Source: a virus. From it: 64,000 nucleotides of DNA. Positions 10,693 through 20,374 of the stretch are shown piece by piece (position 1 is the stretch's first letter; the number at the start of each line of letters is the position of its first letter). The translations under genes were made by a program, and so were the position numbers. The stretch spans positions 1-64,000 of IMG/VR virus record IMGVR_UViG_3300023174_000101, one strand, 5' to 3'. The notes beneath the pieces are model-generated. The model did not search any database. It had not been told where the DNA came from and was given only the letters and a program-made list of their open reading frames with translations.

Positions 10693-13619
10693 TGGCCATT
10701 AATCGTTATAGGGACATGTTAGACGTTGTGCCGAAGGGTGACTTTTACTCTTCTAATGGCCAAATCATACCATACCGTGGTCCAAATAATCCCTATAGTT
10801 TCTTCTTTAGGGTGGGCAAGGCGGCTACTGAGTATAGAGTTACAGTAAATGGCAGGGACAATGGCACCGTGGTGTCTGATGCAAATGGCGACGTTAGGTT
10901 TGGTGCGCCACCTTATAACGTTATCGCGTTAGACTTAGGCGAGAATGAAATAATCCTATACGAGGAGTTCAGCACCAATAAGGTTGTAGGATACATTACC
11001 ACCAGGAACAGTGCTACCCTAATGGCTTCCGTTGCACAGGCAATGGAAGGTAGCTATGTGTCTGATGGCACGCTTGATCAGCCTGGCATAGACAGTGATG
11101 TACGTATCGTAAGAGAAGGTTCAATATTAGAGACCGCCGACCTTGATTTTGCTGAGAACGTGTTCGGCAAAATGGTCCGCACCCCGCACATCGATAATTA
11201 CGGGCTGTCTGTGTATCGTGGTTTGGTGCGCGGGCTAAGAAGTGCTTACAGGCACTACGGTGGCACGTACGAAGGCATTAATCGCGTTGTGCGTGCTTAC
11301 ACGCATGTGTCCCCGCTTGTACTCGACTTTAGTTTCGCTAGGTCGTGGAAGCTAGGCAAAGATTTTATAGAAGAACGTAATCTATACGTATACCAGGACA
11401 GTTCTAATTCGTTACAAAACGGAGTGTCCATAGTAGACACAAATCTTGGTTGCAGTGATTCGCATGTCATTGAGTATGATAGTGCCACAAGCAAGTTTAG
11501 ACTATTTAATGCAAGTACATATGTATATGGTGATTGGGTAAGTGTTACACCTGGTCAATATATAAGTGTAACTTTGCATGACGGCATGTACTCAAGGCCA
11601 CTAATAGGTCAGGGTCCGTTCGACGTACAGGCTAGCAGCTCAATTGAAGTAGATTTTGGCAATGGGCCTGTGTTAATTCCTTTGACTGCCGGTAATGGGC
11701 GAACGGCATTGGACGTGTCGTCTGACATAAACGCAGCGTTGTCCGCTTCTACGAGCTACGGCCCATCTTACGGTTCGTGTGCATATGCTGGCACATCAAG
11801 TGGTGAGCCAAGTGCGTTAGGCACGTATCTGTGCATAAAGAATATAAGTGGAGATGCAGTGTATTATGGTAGCCAAACTATGAATATGCTATTTGGCGTG
11901 TCAGCTAATACACAATTCGTAATGCGTGCCGCTGGCGGTGACAAGTATCTAAGATTGCAAGTAGAAGATTCTTCTGCGCTTGGTGTGTCGCGTAGTGAAA
12001 CATTTAAAGTGTCCGGTTCAGGAGTGCCATTAGGTTGGACTTTGAGGAAGCATTCAGATGGAACGATATCGTCCGCAAGCCAGCCAAAGTATAGGCCATT
12101 CGACACGGACGCTTATCTAATCTCTGGCGGCATGGAGATTGTTGTGCCGATATCTGACAGCATATTGAAGTATAAAAACTTCATTGCGAAGGCATCTGTC
12201 TTTGGAGCGTCAATAGATAGTTCAGTTGAAGTGTCTAGCATGCAAGTGTCTTTTGACGGTGGCGCGACTTACAGTTCATTAGTGCCGGTATCTAGTGGTA
12301 TTGCTGTGTCGCATCAGTTCGCTGGTAAAAGGTATGACTGTACGTTTTTCATACCGGCTTCCGCAACTGGTGTGCTAGTGAAGGTGATAACTACCGGGGC
12401 GACTTCTGAGAAGTTTAGACTCGATAGAATAAATTTAGCCATACAAAACGTGTTTGGGCTGCATTTGGGTAGTGGAACAATACCTAGGAGCGACTCCAGG
12501 ATAAAGAACGGCCAAAACATATTCATATGGTCTCCTGAGGAGCTTACAAATCAAGAAAAGTCGCATCTTGGAATAAATGAATATAACGGCACGAACACTG
12601 GTCATGTGGCTTCTATTGTGCCAGCTAACACGTGGGCCGAGATATACGATGTTACGGAGTATGTGCCAAATACAAACGTACCAGCAGACCCAGAAAATCT
12701 ATCAAAGAACGTTGTTGGGGCGTATAACTACACTCACTTCCAGCTTGGTGAGAGCGAGAACCTTGCACTGAACGATTCGTCACTTATACCGGCCAGGTTC
12801 TCATACATGGAGCCGTTGGTTGTAAGTTCTTCAACTGAGAATGTGCTTTGGTCCGGTCTGACGGCTAGTGCAACTGCTGATCTGTCTTACAGCTACGATA
12901 TGGATGCCAGCAAATCCATATTGTACGAGGACGGTGTGCCGATGACATCAGACGAATGGTCGTTTGTAGATAGTCGCACAATACGTAAGACGTATGCCCC
13001 TATTGATGGTTCGGTATATACGCTGGAGGCGCAGCGTTTAACTAGGTTTACTACAGACATACTTGACTTGGGCGCAGAATTTTCTGACTATATATGGTTT
13101 GCTGATGCGCATGTATGGCTTAGACCAGATATTATGCCAAGGGACTCGCGCATGCAATCCCAACTAATATTTGACACGAATGGGAATGCGAAGCTACCAG
13201 TGCCGAGCAACGGCAACAAATTCGTTGCGACCATAACTGAGGACGGTGATACGGAGTCACGTACAGTGCCTGTGTCATCATGGTCATACACTTCAATTGA
13301 TACTGTAAATGTTTCCCTAGGAGAAATTAACAGACAGTATCTATATTCGATTGATTATGTATCGAGGATATCTGTTTCGGACACAAAGGCCAATTTTAAG
13401 CTTGAAATTAGATCTTCGGACACAGAAGATGTTGATACTCAGGTCTGGCGTGAGGTGTCAATTAATGAGGTTGTCGACAATACTAAGCGATATCACCAGA
13501 TGCGCGTAACTATATACAATATAGAAGACACAACTGATGCGCGCGTATATTCTGTACTGCTAAAGGGATTGAACATGTACGGCGCAGGTGTTACTGTACC
13601 TGTTCTAAGACCGTCCTAA
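10692..13619 (+). CDS. Large virion structural protein (baseplate wedge/tail-associated)
   Basis: 975 aa, beta-rich; YRGLVRGL..AY..GGTYEGINRVVRAYT resembles baseplate/tail-I type segments; operon context. Confidence 0.55.
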   Translation: MAINRYRDMLDVVPKGDFYSSNGQIIPYRGPNNPYSFFFRVGKAATEYRVTVNGRDNGTVVSDANGDVRFGAPPYNVIALDLGENEIILYEEFSTNKVVGYITTRNSATLMASVAQAMEGSYVSDGTLDQPGIDSDVRIVREGSILETADLDFAENVFGKMVRTPHIDNYGLSVYRGLVRGLRSAYRHYGGTYEGINRVVRAYTHVSPLVLDFSFARSWKLGKDFIEERNLYVYQDSSNSLQNGVSIVDTNLGCSDSHVIEYDSATSKFRLFNASTYVYGDWVSVTPGQYISVTLHDGMYSRPLIGQGPFDVQASSSIEVDFGNGPVLIPLTAGNGRTALDVSSDINAALSASTSYGPSYGSCAYAGTSSGEPSALGTYLCIKNISGDAVYYGSQTMNMLFGVSANTQFVMRAAGGDKYLRLQVEDSSALGVSRSETFKVSGSGVPLGWTLRKHSDGTISSASQPKYRPFDTDAYLISGGMEIVVPISDSILKYKNFIAKASVFGASIDSSVEVSSMQVSFDGGATYSSLVPVSSGIAVSHQFAGKRYDCTFFIPASATGVLVKVITTGATSEKFRLDRINLAIQNVFGLHLGSGTIPRSDSRIKNGQNIFIWSPEELTNQEKSHLGINEYNGTNTGHVASIVPANTWAEIYDVTEYVPNTNVPADPENLSKNVVGAYNYTHFQLGESENLALNDSSLIPARFSYMEPLVVSSSTENVLWSGLTASATADLSYSYDMDASKSILYEDGVPMTSDEWSFVDSRTIRKTYAPIDGSVYTLEAQRLTRFTTDILDLGAEFSDYIWFADAHVWLRPDIMPRDSRMQSQLIFDTNGNAKLPVPSNGNKFVATITEDGDTESRTVPVSSWSYTSIDTVNVSLGEINRQYLYSIDYVSRISVSDTKANFKLEIRSSDTEDVDTQVWREVSINEVVDNTKRYHQMRVTIYNIEDTTDARVYSVLLKGLNMYGAGVTVPVLRPS

Positions 13620-13620
13620 T

Positions 13621-13650
13621 ACTAGTATAATAGTATAAGTAATTATTAAC
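13621..13650 (+). promoter_or_regulatory. AT-rich putative promoter (TATAAT) upstream of 13698 gene
   Basis: actagTATAATagtataagtaattatt in the longest intergenic gap of the structural arm; AGGAG RBS just before ATG 13698. Confidence 0.4.
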
Positions 13651-13697
13651 CGTTTACCCTGTACGGACTATGCATGGTTCGTTAGGAGAGTAATAAA

Positions 13698-16600
13698 ATG
13701 GCTAACCGTTCGCTATGGCCTGAGGGCTGTGAAGTTCACCAGGAGCACCTTGAGTACGATACGACTGAGCGTATAAAGTCAATTAAACTGCGCACAGGTC
13801 ACTCCGCAAAGTATGGCGTTGTAAGTGGCTTGGTTCTATCAGTTGACACTACCAACAACAGTATCAACATGACTGCCGGTGGTGGATATACTCCATCTGG
13901 CGAGTATGTAGAGTATGCCACAAACGCTAACTTCATAGTTGACCAGACGAACAACGAGAAGACTTATGTATACTTAGTGTATACTGAGAGCCTAGAGGAC
14001 TTGGAGGCACACGAGTCTGACGGCACGGTTAAGCCTACCAGAGCAGTTGGTGCTTCAATGTTGAGAGTCGTGAAATCCGCAGACTACGCAGCCTGGCTAG
14101 AGACCTCTGCGAATATGGCTGTAAATGCCAAGGATCGTGCACTACTAGTCGGCATTGTAACTGGCATGGGGTCTGGTAGCACACCACAAATTACAGCGCC
14201 AACAGTATTTGGTGAAGCAAAGTATGTATCGCCACAGCCTTCTAATATCACAGGTATAACTGTAATTAGTGTAAGTGGCAATACGCCAACTGGAACCGGC
14301 ACTCTTTACTTTACTGCAGCTAAGGCTATTTCGTGGCAGGCCCCAGGCGACACATCTGCTGGACAGCCAGTAACTATCACGAACAGTGACTCTGTAACAC
14401 TACAGTCAAGCACGAGTGCGTATACCATACTTATTGATGTGGCATATACAAGGCTGCCAATAGACGCACAGCAAGATAGTTTAACAGTTTCTAACCTATA
14501 CTCCCAAGAAGTAAGTCGATTTACCGCTGTTGATGCCCACCATCGTTCACTTGTGGGCGGTGGTCAGCCAACCTCAAACAACCCGCACGGTATGACGATG
14601 GATGACCTTGCGCCTGGTGTTGCTGGCTCTCTTGAGCAGCACCAAGACATAATGCATTCAAACGGCATAGGCGCTGGCTCAAGCAGCATGCTATTGTCGT
14701 GTGAGGTCCAGCTGAACTCGACACTTGCTGACACATTACTTGTTCAAGATTTTACAGAGGGTGACTCTGTATACATCAACGGGCGTAGGATTGAGAGATT
14801 AGCGTCCGATGCAACAAATATAGTTAATTTTGATGACGCTGGGACCGACAATGTCCCATACTTGTTTGGCGTATATGTATCTCAGGATGGATATCTATTT
14901 AAGCAGGTGCGCGCCAAGCTGTCTGGCAATGATTTAATAGACAGACTATTCTTAATTAACGCAAGTGATAACATCACCAGCGGAACATACGTCATAAGTC
15001 TGAATACATCTGGTGTCGTAACGTTTGATGACGGCCCTGGCGCTACTGTATTTGCGAATGATACATCTGGTAAGGAACAAATAGTAAGGCTTTACAGCAA
15101 AGACGGCATTCGTTATGTGGATGTCTTCGTTAAGCATCTATCACCGCCAACCTCTACTAAGTCTATAAGCGTAGAATTCTTTGCGGAGCCTGACGTATCA
15201 CAGTGCCTACAGGTGTCCTACGTCCACTTTTTAGGTGGCAATTACGGAAACGCTGGATATGGATTTGGTGGAAGTAACCTAACCGCACCAAACAGAACAT
15301 TTGATAGGCGTACATATGGTACGCTCATGCCAGAGAATATCAATACGAATGCCGGATATGAGTCCCTACGTGGATTCATGTCGGATAACTTTCCAGGCGA
15401 CAGCTTCTTGGCCCTGCCAGTGCGCAAGAAGATATCCTCTGCATGGAAGTCAGAAGGCGCGGCTGACATTACACCAGTGCTTACGGATGAGTATTCAATT
15501 GTAAAGGACGATTATTGGTTCTCAGTCAAGAGCCAGAGCGGCTTGAACTTTACAGTTGCTGGTGGCGTCGCGTACATTAATGGCCTTCGCAAGACCGTAT
15601 CAACTGCTACGCTAACAATACAGCAGACTGATGGATATACATACATATATGTGACCAAGAGCGGAGTCATATCGCAAACTGGAGCACCAGACGCGTCAAG
15701 CTTCAAGTCTGCATTGTATAACTTGTCGTTTACTGGCGATCCTGAGATTGGTCTTTACTTGGTTAGGACCGCTGGCAGTGCGGTGTCTAGCACCATCGAC
15801 CTCAGGGAGTACTCGTACAGGCGCATTGGTAATGATGTGCAATTTGGCCAGGTTGGATTAGATAAGTACAATAGGGCAATAATCAAGGGCACCAACGCAG
15901 GATTGTCAGGGAGTGCGCTAACCGTGGTGGGCGCAGGCACAAGTCCCGCATTACTGGTAGAGCCTGCATCGACTAGCTTTACCAGTTATGTTACAGAAGT
16001 GAAGACACTGCATGCAGTGTCTTCTGGTGGCGTGCCTGCAATCCCTTATAATCAGGGTGGCATACGTGCTGAGGGCTCCGGCGACAAGGCCGCTGTTACT
16101 GCAGTTGCGTTCGATTCTGGCCCAGGCGTTTTTGCTGCGTCTGGTACCGGTGCTGGTGTATATGCACAAGGTGGTGAGGCCGCACATACAGCAAGCGATC
16201 CGCTTACTTACGGTAAGGGCGCTGGTGTATATGGAGTTGGCGGTGCAAGTACAGCGTTCGGTGTAGTTGGTATTGGTGGCATTGGTGACGAGCAGTTATT
16301 GTCTGGTCTTGGTGGCATTGGGCCTGCGTCGATTGGTGTAATGGGAGTCGGTTCCGCTGGTGGTGAGGGCGTGTTTGGTCTGGCCGGTGGAACTGCAGGT
16401 GCTGGTGTGCATGGGTATGGCGGTACGTCGCCAAACGCAGATGGAGTGTATGCACGCGGGTCTACAGTCGCAGCAACATGGGGTGTAAGGGCCACAGGTG
16501 GTAACGGTGGTCTTAGCGGCGGCGGAATAATCGGCATAGGCGGGACTGGTTCTCTAGGCTCAGGCTCTGATGGTGTGCGCGGAATTGGCGGCGGAACGGC

Positions 16601-17285
16601 TGGTTCTGGTGGATATTTCTCCACTGATGGTGGCCATGCGAATGGAGCTTATGCTATTAAGGCACACTCTCAGTATGGTCAAGTGATCAAGCTGGACGAC
16701 TCTAAGGGTGCGCTTACGACGTATCCGAACTTCTCCCCAAGCGCTAGTGACCCGAGTAAGCAAAAGCCAGACCCACTTGATTTAAACGTATATCCATGGC
16801 TATCCGCTGGCAACTCGATTTCGTCCGCCAACATAGTCAACAATTGGGTGGTGTTTGAATATGGATGGGTTTCAGACCCAAACAATTTGAATAATGTGCT
16901 ATTCAACACACTTGGTGTAAAGTGTGCAAGGAATTTTTCTCATTTTGAGATAGCGAACGAAAACGCTGGAAATGCCAACATTCGTCTATGGTGGACTAAA
17001 AAGCTAGTAAATCCATTCCAGCCTGTGTTTGTGTCTTGTTATGTATACAAGGAGAAGAACCAGCCAAATAATTGGATGGCGTTTGGTGGTGATGGACTGT
17101 GGCATGCTTGGCAGTATCGTGTAGACGAAACCGATGATGGGTCTTATACAAGAATACAAATAGCTGCAAACGAAGGCGGACATGAGGCCCTGGAGAGAAT
17201 ACTGACAGACGGTGGGAGTGGCAAGGCCACGAATGGATTTGCGCTGATCGTGTCTGTGATGGTTGTTGGCCCAGTCCAAGATTAG
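13698..17285 (+). CDS. Tail fibre/baseplate-attached structural protein with glycine-rich repeat region
   Basis: 1195 aa; N-terminal GVVSGLVL..MTAGGGYTPSG attachment-like domain; GVYG.GG repeats at ~16060-16640. Confidence 0.65.
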   Translation: MANRSLWPEGCEVHQEHLEYDTTERIKSIKLRTGHSAKYGVVSGLVLSVDTTNNSINMTAGGGYTPSGEYVEYATNANFIVDQTNNEKTYVYLVYTESLEDLEAHESDGTVKPTRAVGASMLRVVKSADYAAWLETSANMAVNAKDRALLVGIVTGMGSGSTPQITAPTVFGEAKYVSPQPSNITGITVISVSGNTPTGTGTLYFTAAKAISWQAPGDTSAGQPVTITNSDSVTLQSSTSAYTILIDVAYTRLPIDAQQDSLTVSNLYSQEVSRFTAVDAHHRSLVGGGQPTSNNPHGMTMDDLAPGVAGSLEQHQDIMHSNGIGAGSSSMLLSCEVQLNSTLADTLLVQDFTEGDSVYINGRRIERLASDATNIVNFDDAGTDNVPYLFGVYVSQDGYLFKQVRAKLSGNDLIDRLFLINASDNITSGTYVISLNTSGVVTFDDGPGATVFANDTSGKEQIVRLYSKDGIRYVDVFVKHLSPPTSTKSISVEFFAEPDVSQCLQVSYVHFLGGNYGNAGYGFGGSNLTAPNRTFDRRTYGTLMPENINTNAGYESLRGFMSDNFPGDSFLALPVRKKISSAWKSEGAADITPVLTDEYSIVKDDYWFSVKSQSGLNFTVAGGVAYINGLRKTVSTATLTIQQTDGYTYIYVTKSGVISQTGAPDASSFKSALYNLSFTGDPEIGLYLVRTAGSAVSSTIDLREYSYRRIGNDVQFGQVGLDKYNRAIIKGTNAGLSGSALTVVGAGTSPALLVEPASTSFTSYVTEVKTLHAVSSGGVPAIPYNQGGIRAEGSGDKAAVTAVAFDSGPGVFAASGTGAGVYAQGGEAAHTASDPLTYGKGAGVYGVGGASTAFGVVGIGGIGDEQLLSGLGGIGPASIGVMGVGSAGGEGVFGLAGGTAGAGVHGYGGTSPNADGVYARGSTVAATWGVRATGGNGGLSGGGIIGIGGTGSLGSGSDGVRGIGGGTAGSGGYFSTDGGHANGAYAIKAHSQYGQVIKLDDSKGALTTYPNFSPSASDPSKQKPDPLDLNVYPWLSAGNSISSANIVNNWVVFEYGWVSDPNNLNNVLFNTLGVKCARNFSHFEIANENAGNANIRLWWTKKLVNPFQPVFVSCYVYKEKNQPNNWMAFGGDGLWHAWQYRVDETDDGSYTRIQIAANEGGHEALERILTDGGSGKATNGFALIVSVMVVGPVQD

Positions 17286-17302
17286 TCGATAGGACACACC
17301 TA

Positions 17303-18592
17303 ATGCATAGCGAACCAAGTATAAACTTACAGGACGTAGTAGACGACATAGAACGAATAATGGAGGAGACTGGGCTTACCCCGGACGAGATTACTGTGGA
17401 TAAGTATTCTCGTGCTGGCGGTAAGTTCGATGGGCGCAGACTAAAGCGTCTAGGCGGATTTCAGGCCATTGTCAGGTCTGAGTTCCTAGGAGACGTGCAA
17501 CGCGACACCTACACCAATGCGCGTCTGAAGCGTAATTTGTCTTATGTACGCAAGCTTGAGCGTAAGATTGGGGATTGGGAGTTTCTGCGCGAGCAGGTAT
17601 ATGAGAGCTTCAAGCGCGCTTTCGACGAGTCCGCGCCCATATCAGTGTCTCCGAACAAAAAGACGGCCAAAAGAAAGCCATCCGATAAGGCACGCGCCAA
17701 TTGTGTGCTAATATCGGACATCCACCTTGGCCTTCGAATCGACCCAAATGAACTTATGAACAATGGGTACGATTGGAACATCGCCGCCCGTCGTCTGGGT
17801 AAGCTTGCGTACCAAGTAGCTACCTACAAGCAGGACCACCGCGATGAGTGCGTAGAACTGAATGTTTGCCTTGGTGGCGACTTGGGCCAGGGTGTTATCC
17901 ATTGGCAGACCGATGCTGGTACGGACCTTATTACATACCAGGTAATCGGCATTGTGTCGTACCTTACCCAGATGATCGACTATTGGAGGCAATCATATGC
18001 TAAAATCAATGTATATTGTACTCCAGATAATCATATGCGACTTGTTCATAAGGGTGCTGGTCGCGCTACTGCGCAAAAGTTTGATAGCTTCGCAACTATG
18101 GTCCACCATGCGCTCCAGATGGCATTCCGAGAGGCGGACGATGTAAATATCGTAATCCCCAAGACTGCCATCACAACTTTTGACGTGCTTGGTCATAAGT
18201 ATGGTCTCACGCACGGAGATGGCCATATCACCACGGGCAACGTCGGACATCAGGTTAACGTAAAGAGCATTACAGACAAGGTGCTTCGCTTAAACGCTTC
18301 TGTAGCTGACGGCAAGAAGTATTCTGCTATCTTGCTCGGTCATGTACACGTCGCTATGAACATGACTCTTAATGAGACTGGCACCGAACTTATCGTGAAT
18401 GGCACAGGTTCGGGCACAGACGGATACGCAGAGAGCATTGGATTCTTTAGCACCATCCCTATGCAGGTCATGTGGGAAGCAACACGCGACTATGCGGTGG
18501 GCGACGTCCGCAAAGTCAGATTAGATGATGCGGACGAGGATGCCTCCTATGAGAAGATAATCAGTCCGTATAAGTACACACTGACTATATAA
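17303..18592 (+). CDS. Calcineurin-like metallophosphoesterase
   Basis: SDIHLG, GGDLGQG, PDNH, THGD, GHVH metal-binding motifs. Confidence 0.8.
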   Translation: MHSEPSINLQDVVDDIERIMEETGLTPDEITVDKYSRAGGKFDGRRLKRLGGFQAIVRSEFLGDVQRDTYTNARLKRNLSYVRKLERKIGDWEFLREQVYESFKRAFDESAPISVSPNKKTAKRKPSDKARANCVLISDIHLGLRIDPNELMNNGYDWNIAARRLGKLAYQVATYKQDHRDECVELNVCLGGDLGQGVIHWQTDAGTDLITYQVIGIVSYLTQMIDYWRQSYAKINVYCTPDNHMRLVHKGAGRATAQKFDSFATMVHHALQMAFREADDVNIVIPKTAITTFDVLGHKYGLTHGDGHITTGNVGHQVNVKSITDKVLRLNASVADGKKYSAILLGHVHVAMNMTLNETGTELIVNGTGSGTDGYAESIGFFSTIPMQVMWEATRDYAVGDVRKVRLDDADEDASYEKIISPYKYTLTI

Positions 18593-18610
18593 AATCCCAA
18601 GCAAGTGCAA

Positions 18611-18638
18611 GGCCCCACACGCAGTACGGTGTGGGGCC
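18611..18638. terminator. GC-rich hairpin, putative terminator between convergent arms
   Basis: GGCCCCACAC (18611-20) pairs with GTGTGGGGCC (18629-38), 8-nt loop. Confidence 0.7.
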
Positions 18639-18654
18639 GATTTGTATATACGTT

Positions 18655-18688
18655 TTGGGCCGGGGTGGTTTCCCATCTCCCGGCCCAA
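18655..18688. terminator. Second hairpin, putative terminator
   Basis: TTGGGCCGGG (18655-64) pairs with CCCGGCCCAA (18679-88). Confidence 0.65.
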
Positions 18689-18703
18689 TCCGTTTGAGGT
18701 TAT

Positions 18704-19048
18704 TTAGTTGTAGAGTCTGCTGTATTCAACCGCCGCGATTAGGAGCTCCACTTCCGTGTCTAGGAACTTCGACGTAAGCTTCGAATTCCTCTTGGACATT
18801 AGCTCATCGCGGAGCAGGTCGTATCTACGTGCCAGCTGGATTAGGTCTAAGTGAGACTTTACCAGTTTTACAGCTTCTTCTACGCCTATAGTCTCCAGTG
18901 TTTCCAGCTTGTCGACGTTGTCCTTGTTGCGGTCACCTGCCTTTTTGCCTCCTCGCCGCACTTTGGACACTGAACCTTTTTCCCCGCGTCCAGTTCGTCC
19001 ATCGACATTCTTTCCTCGAACTTTTCGTCGCATTTCTCGCTCGTGCAC
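18704..19048 (-). CDS. Hypothetical protein (true start uncertain, probably near 18890)
   Basis: Fills 18704-18885; the upstream part overlaps the FmdB-like gene. Confidence 0.35.
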   Translation of the reverse strand: MHEREMRRKVRGKNVDGRTGRGEKGSVSKVRRGGKKAGDRNKDNVDKLETLETIGVEEAVKLVKSHLDLIQLARRYDLLRDELMSKRNSKLTSKFLDTEVELLIAAVEYSRLYN

Positions 19049-19068
19049 TTGTAGTCGTATAATGGCAT
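18886..19068 (-). CDS. FmdB-family zinc-ribbon regulatory protein
   Basis: MPLYDYKC....CDEKFE...CPKCG signature. Confidence 0.85.
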   Translation of the reverse strand: MPLYDYKCTSEKCDEKFEERMSMDELDAGKKVQCPKCGEEAKRQVTATRTTSTSWKHWRL

Positions 19069-19070
19069 GG

Positions 19071-20339
19071 CTACTCCTTCTTTGGCTCCACTTCCTCTAC
19101 CACTACAGACTTGAGTAGGTAGTCGCGCACAGTGTCGGTGTAGGACTCGAGCTGTGACAAGCGGGAGTCGCCCTCTACGCCCTTCAGCTTGCCCCAGCTA
19201 CGTAGCACAAGGTCTGAAACTAGCTCGTTTGCCGCGCTTTCCCCAAAGAACCAAAGTAATGAATTACGGTCCGTAACGGGAGTGCCGTCCTTAAGCTTTG
19301 CCTTCGAAAACGCCGTGATTAGCTCCTCCTCGGTCTTGAAGTTCTCGCGCTGCCATGCGTACACCTGACGAGCCTTTTGGACGATCCACACCACCGGAAT
19401 TGGCTCAACGTCAACCACGTCTGTGTTTACAATCTGTGAGGTAATACGCGCCATAATCGCCTCATTACGCTCCTCCTCAACCATTGCGGCATATTTAGCA
19501 GTTAACGTTGACGACCACTTCTCAAGCGACTCAAGGCCATTTGAAATCGCAAACTGGTCGTTTAGATCTGGAACAACACGCTTAAAGACCTTTAGTACTG
19601 ACACAGTTACTTCTGCCTGCTTGCCGCCAACAACCTGTACATCTGCAGGATAGGTTACAGTAAACGCCTTAGTGTCGCCAGCCTTAAGGCCGACTAGCTG
19701 CTCTGCGATTCCCTGGACCCGGAATACAGATGGGTCAACGGCCCAACGGTTGTTCTTGAACGTGCCAGCTTCCCACACTTCATTGTCTACCTTGGTTGTA
19801 CAGTCAAGGGTAATAATGCTGCCCATTTGTGCGGCTGTATCTGCGGACTCCTCTACGAGTGTAGCAGCAGCCTGGCGCGAACGCTCAAGGTCGTCCGTAA
19901 CAAGCTTCTGCACGAAGTTCTCAGGTAGCTTGTCGAGTCGCACCACAATCTGAGAATCAACGCCTGGCTTTTGCTTCCAGGCGATAGTGGGCTCAAGGTA
20001 TACATTGGCCTTAATCGTGCCGGTGCTGCTATCTTCGCTTAGCACGATATCATTGTAGGAGATGGCCTGCTTCTCCTGCTTATCCAAGTAGCTGGACACG
20101 TAGTCAATAAGGATAGGACGATAGAACTCAGACTTGCCACCTGCTGCACGCTCCACGCGCTCGCGCTTGAGGGAGCGGTATCCACCCTTCTTAGCCTTAG
20201 TTACGATATCTGGACTAAGACGGTCCTTGACCTGGCTCCAGAACTGCTCAAACTGCTTTACAAGCTCGTCCTTTGGAACGTTAATGGTGACGCTGAAGCT
20301 GGTTGCATTGGGAAGTACTGAATTAGTAGTGGTTTCCAT
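19071..20339 (-). CDS. tig: Trigger factor homolog (ribosome-binding, FKBP PPIase and C-terminal domains)
   Basis: 422 aa; FKBP segment GSIITLDCTTKVDNEVWEAG...IAEQLVGLKAGDTKAFTVTYPAD...GKQAEVTVSVLKV...VPDLNDQFA; AGGAGG RBS. Confidence 0.85.
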   Translation of the reverse strand: METTTNSVLPNATSFSVTINVPKDELVKQFEQFWSQVKDRLSPDIVTKAKKGGYRSLKRERVERAAGGKSEFYRPILIDYVSSYLDKQEKQAISYNDIVLSEDSSTGTIKANVYLEPTIAWKQKPGVDSQIVVRLDKLPENFVQKLVTDDLERSRQAAATLVEESADTAAQMGSIITLDCTTKVDNEVWEAGTFKNNRWAVDPSVFRVQGIAEQLVGLKAGDTKAFTVTYPADVQVVGGKQAEVTVSVLKVFKRVVPDLNDQFAISNGLESLEKWSSTLTAKYAAMVEEERNEAIMARITSQIVNTDVVDVEPIPVVWIVQKARQVYAWQRENFKTEEELITAFSKAKLKDGTPVTDRNSLLWFFGESAANELVSDLVLRSWGKLKGVEGDSRLSQLESYTDTVRDYLLKSVVVEEVEPKKE

Positions 20340-20374
20340 TGTGGTACGGCCTCCTGAGACTAGATATATAGGGA

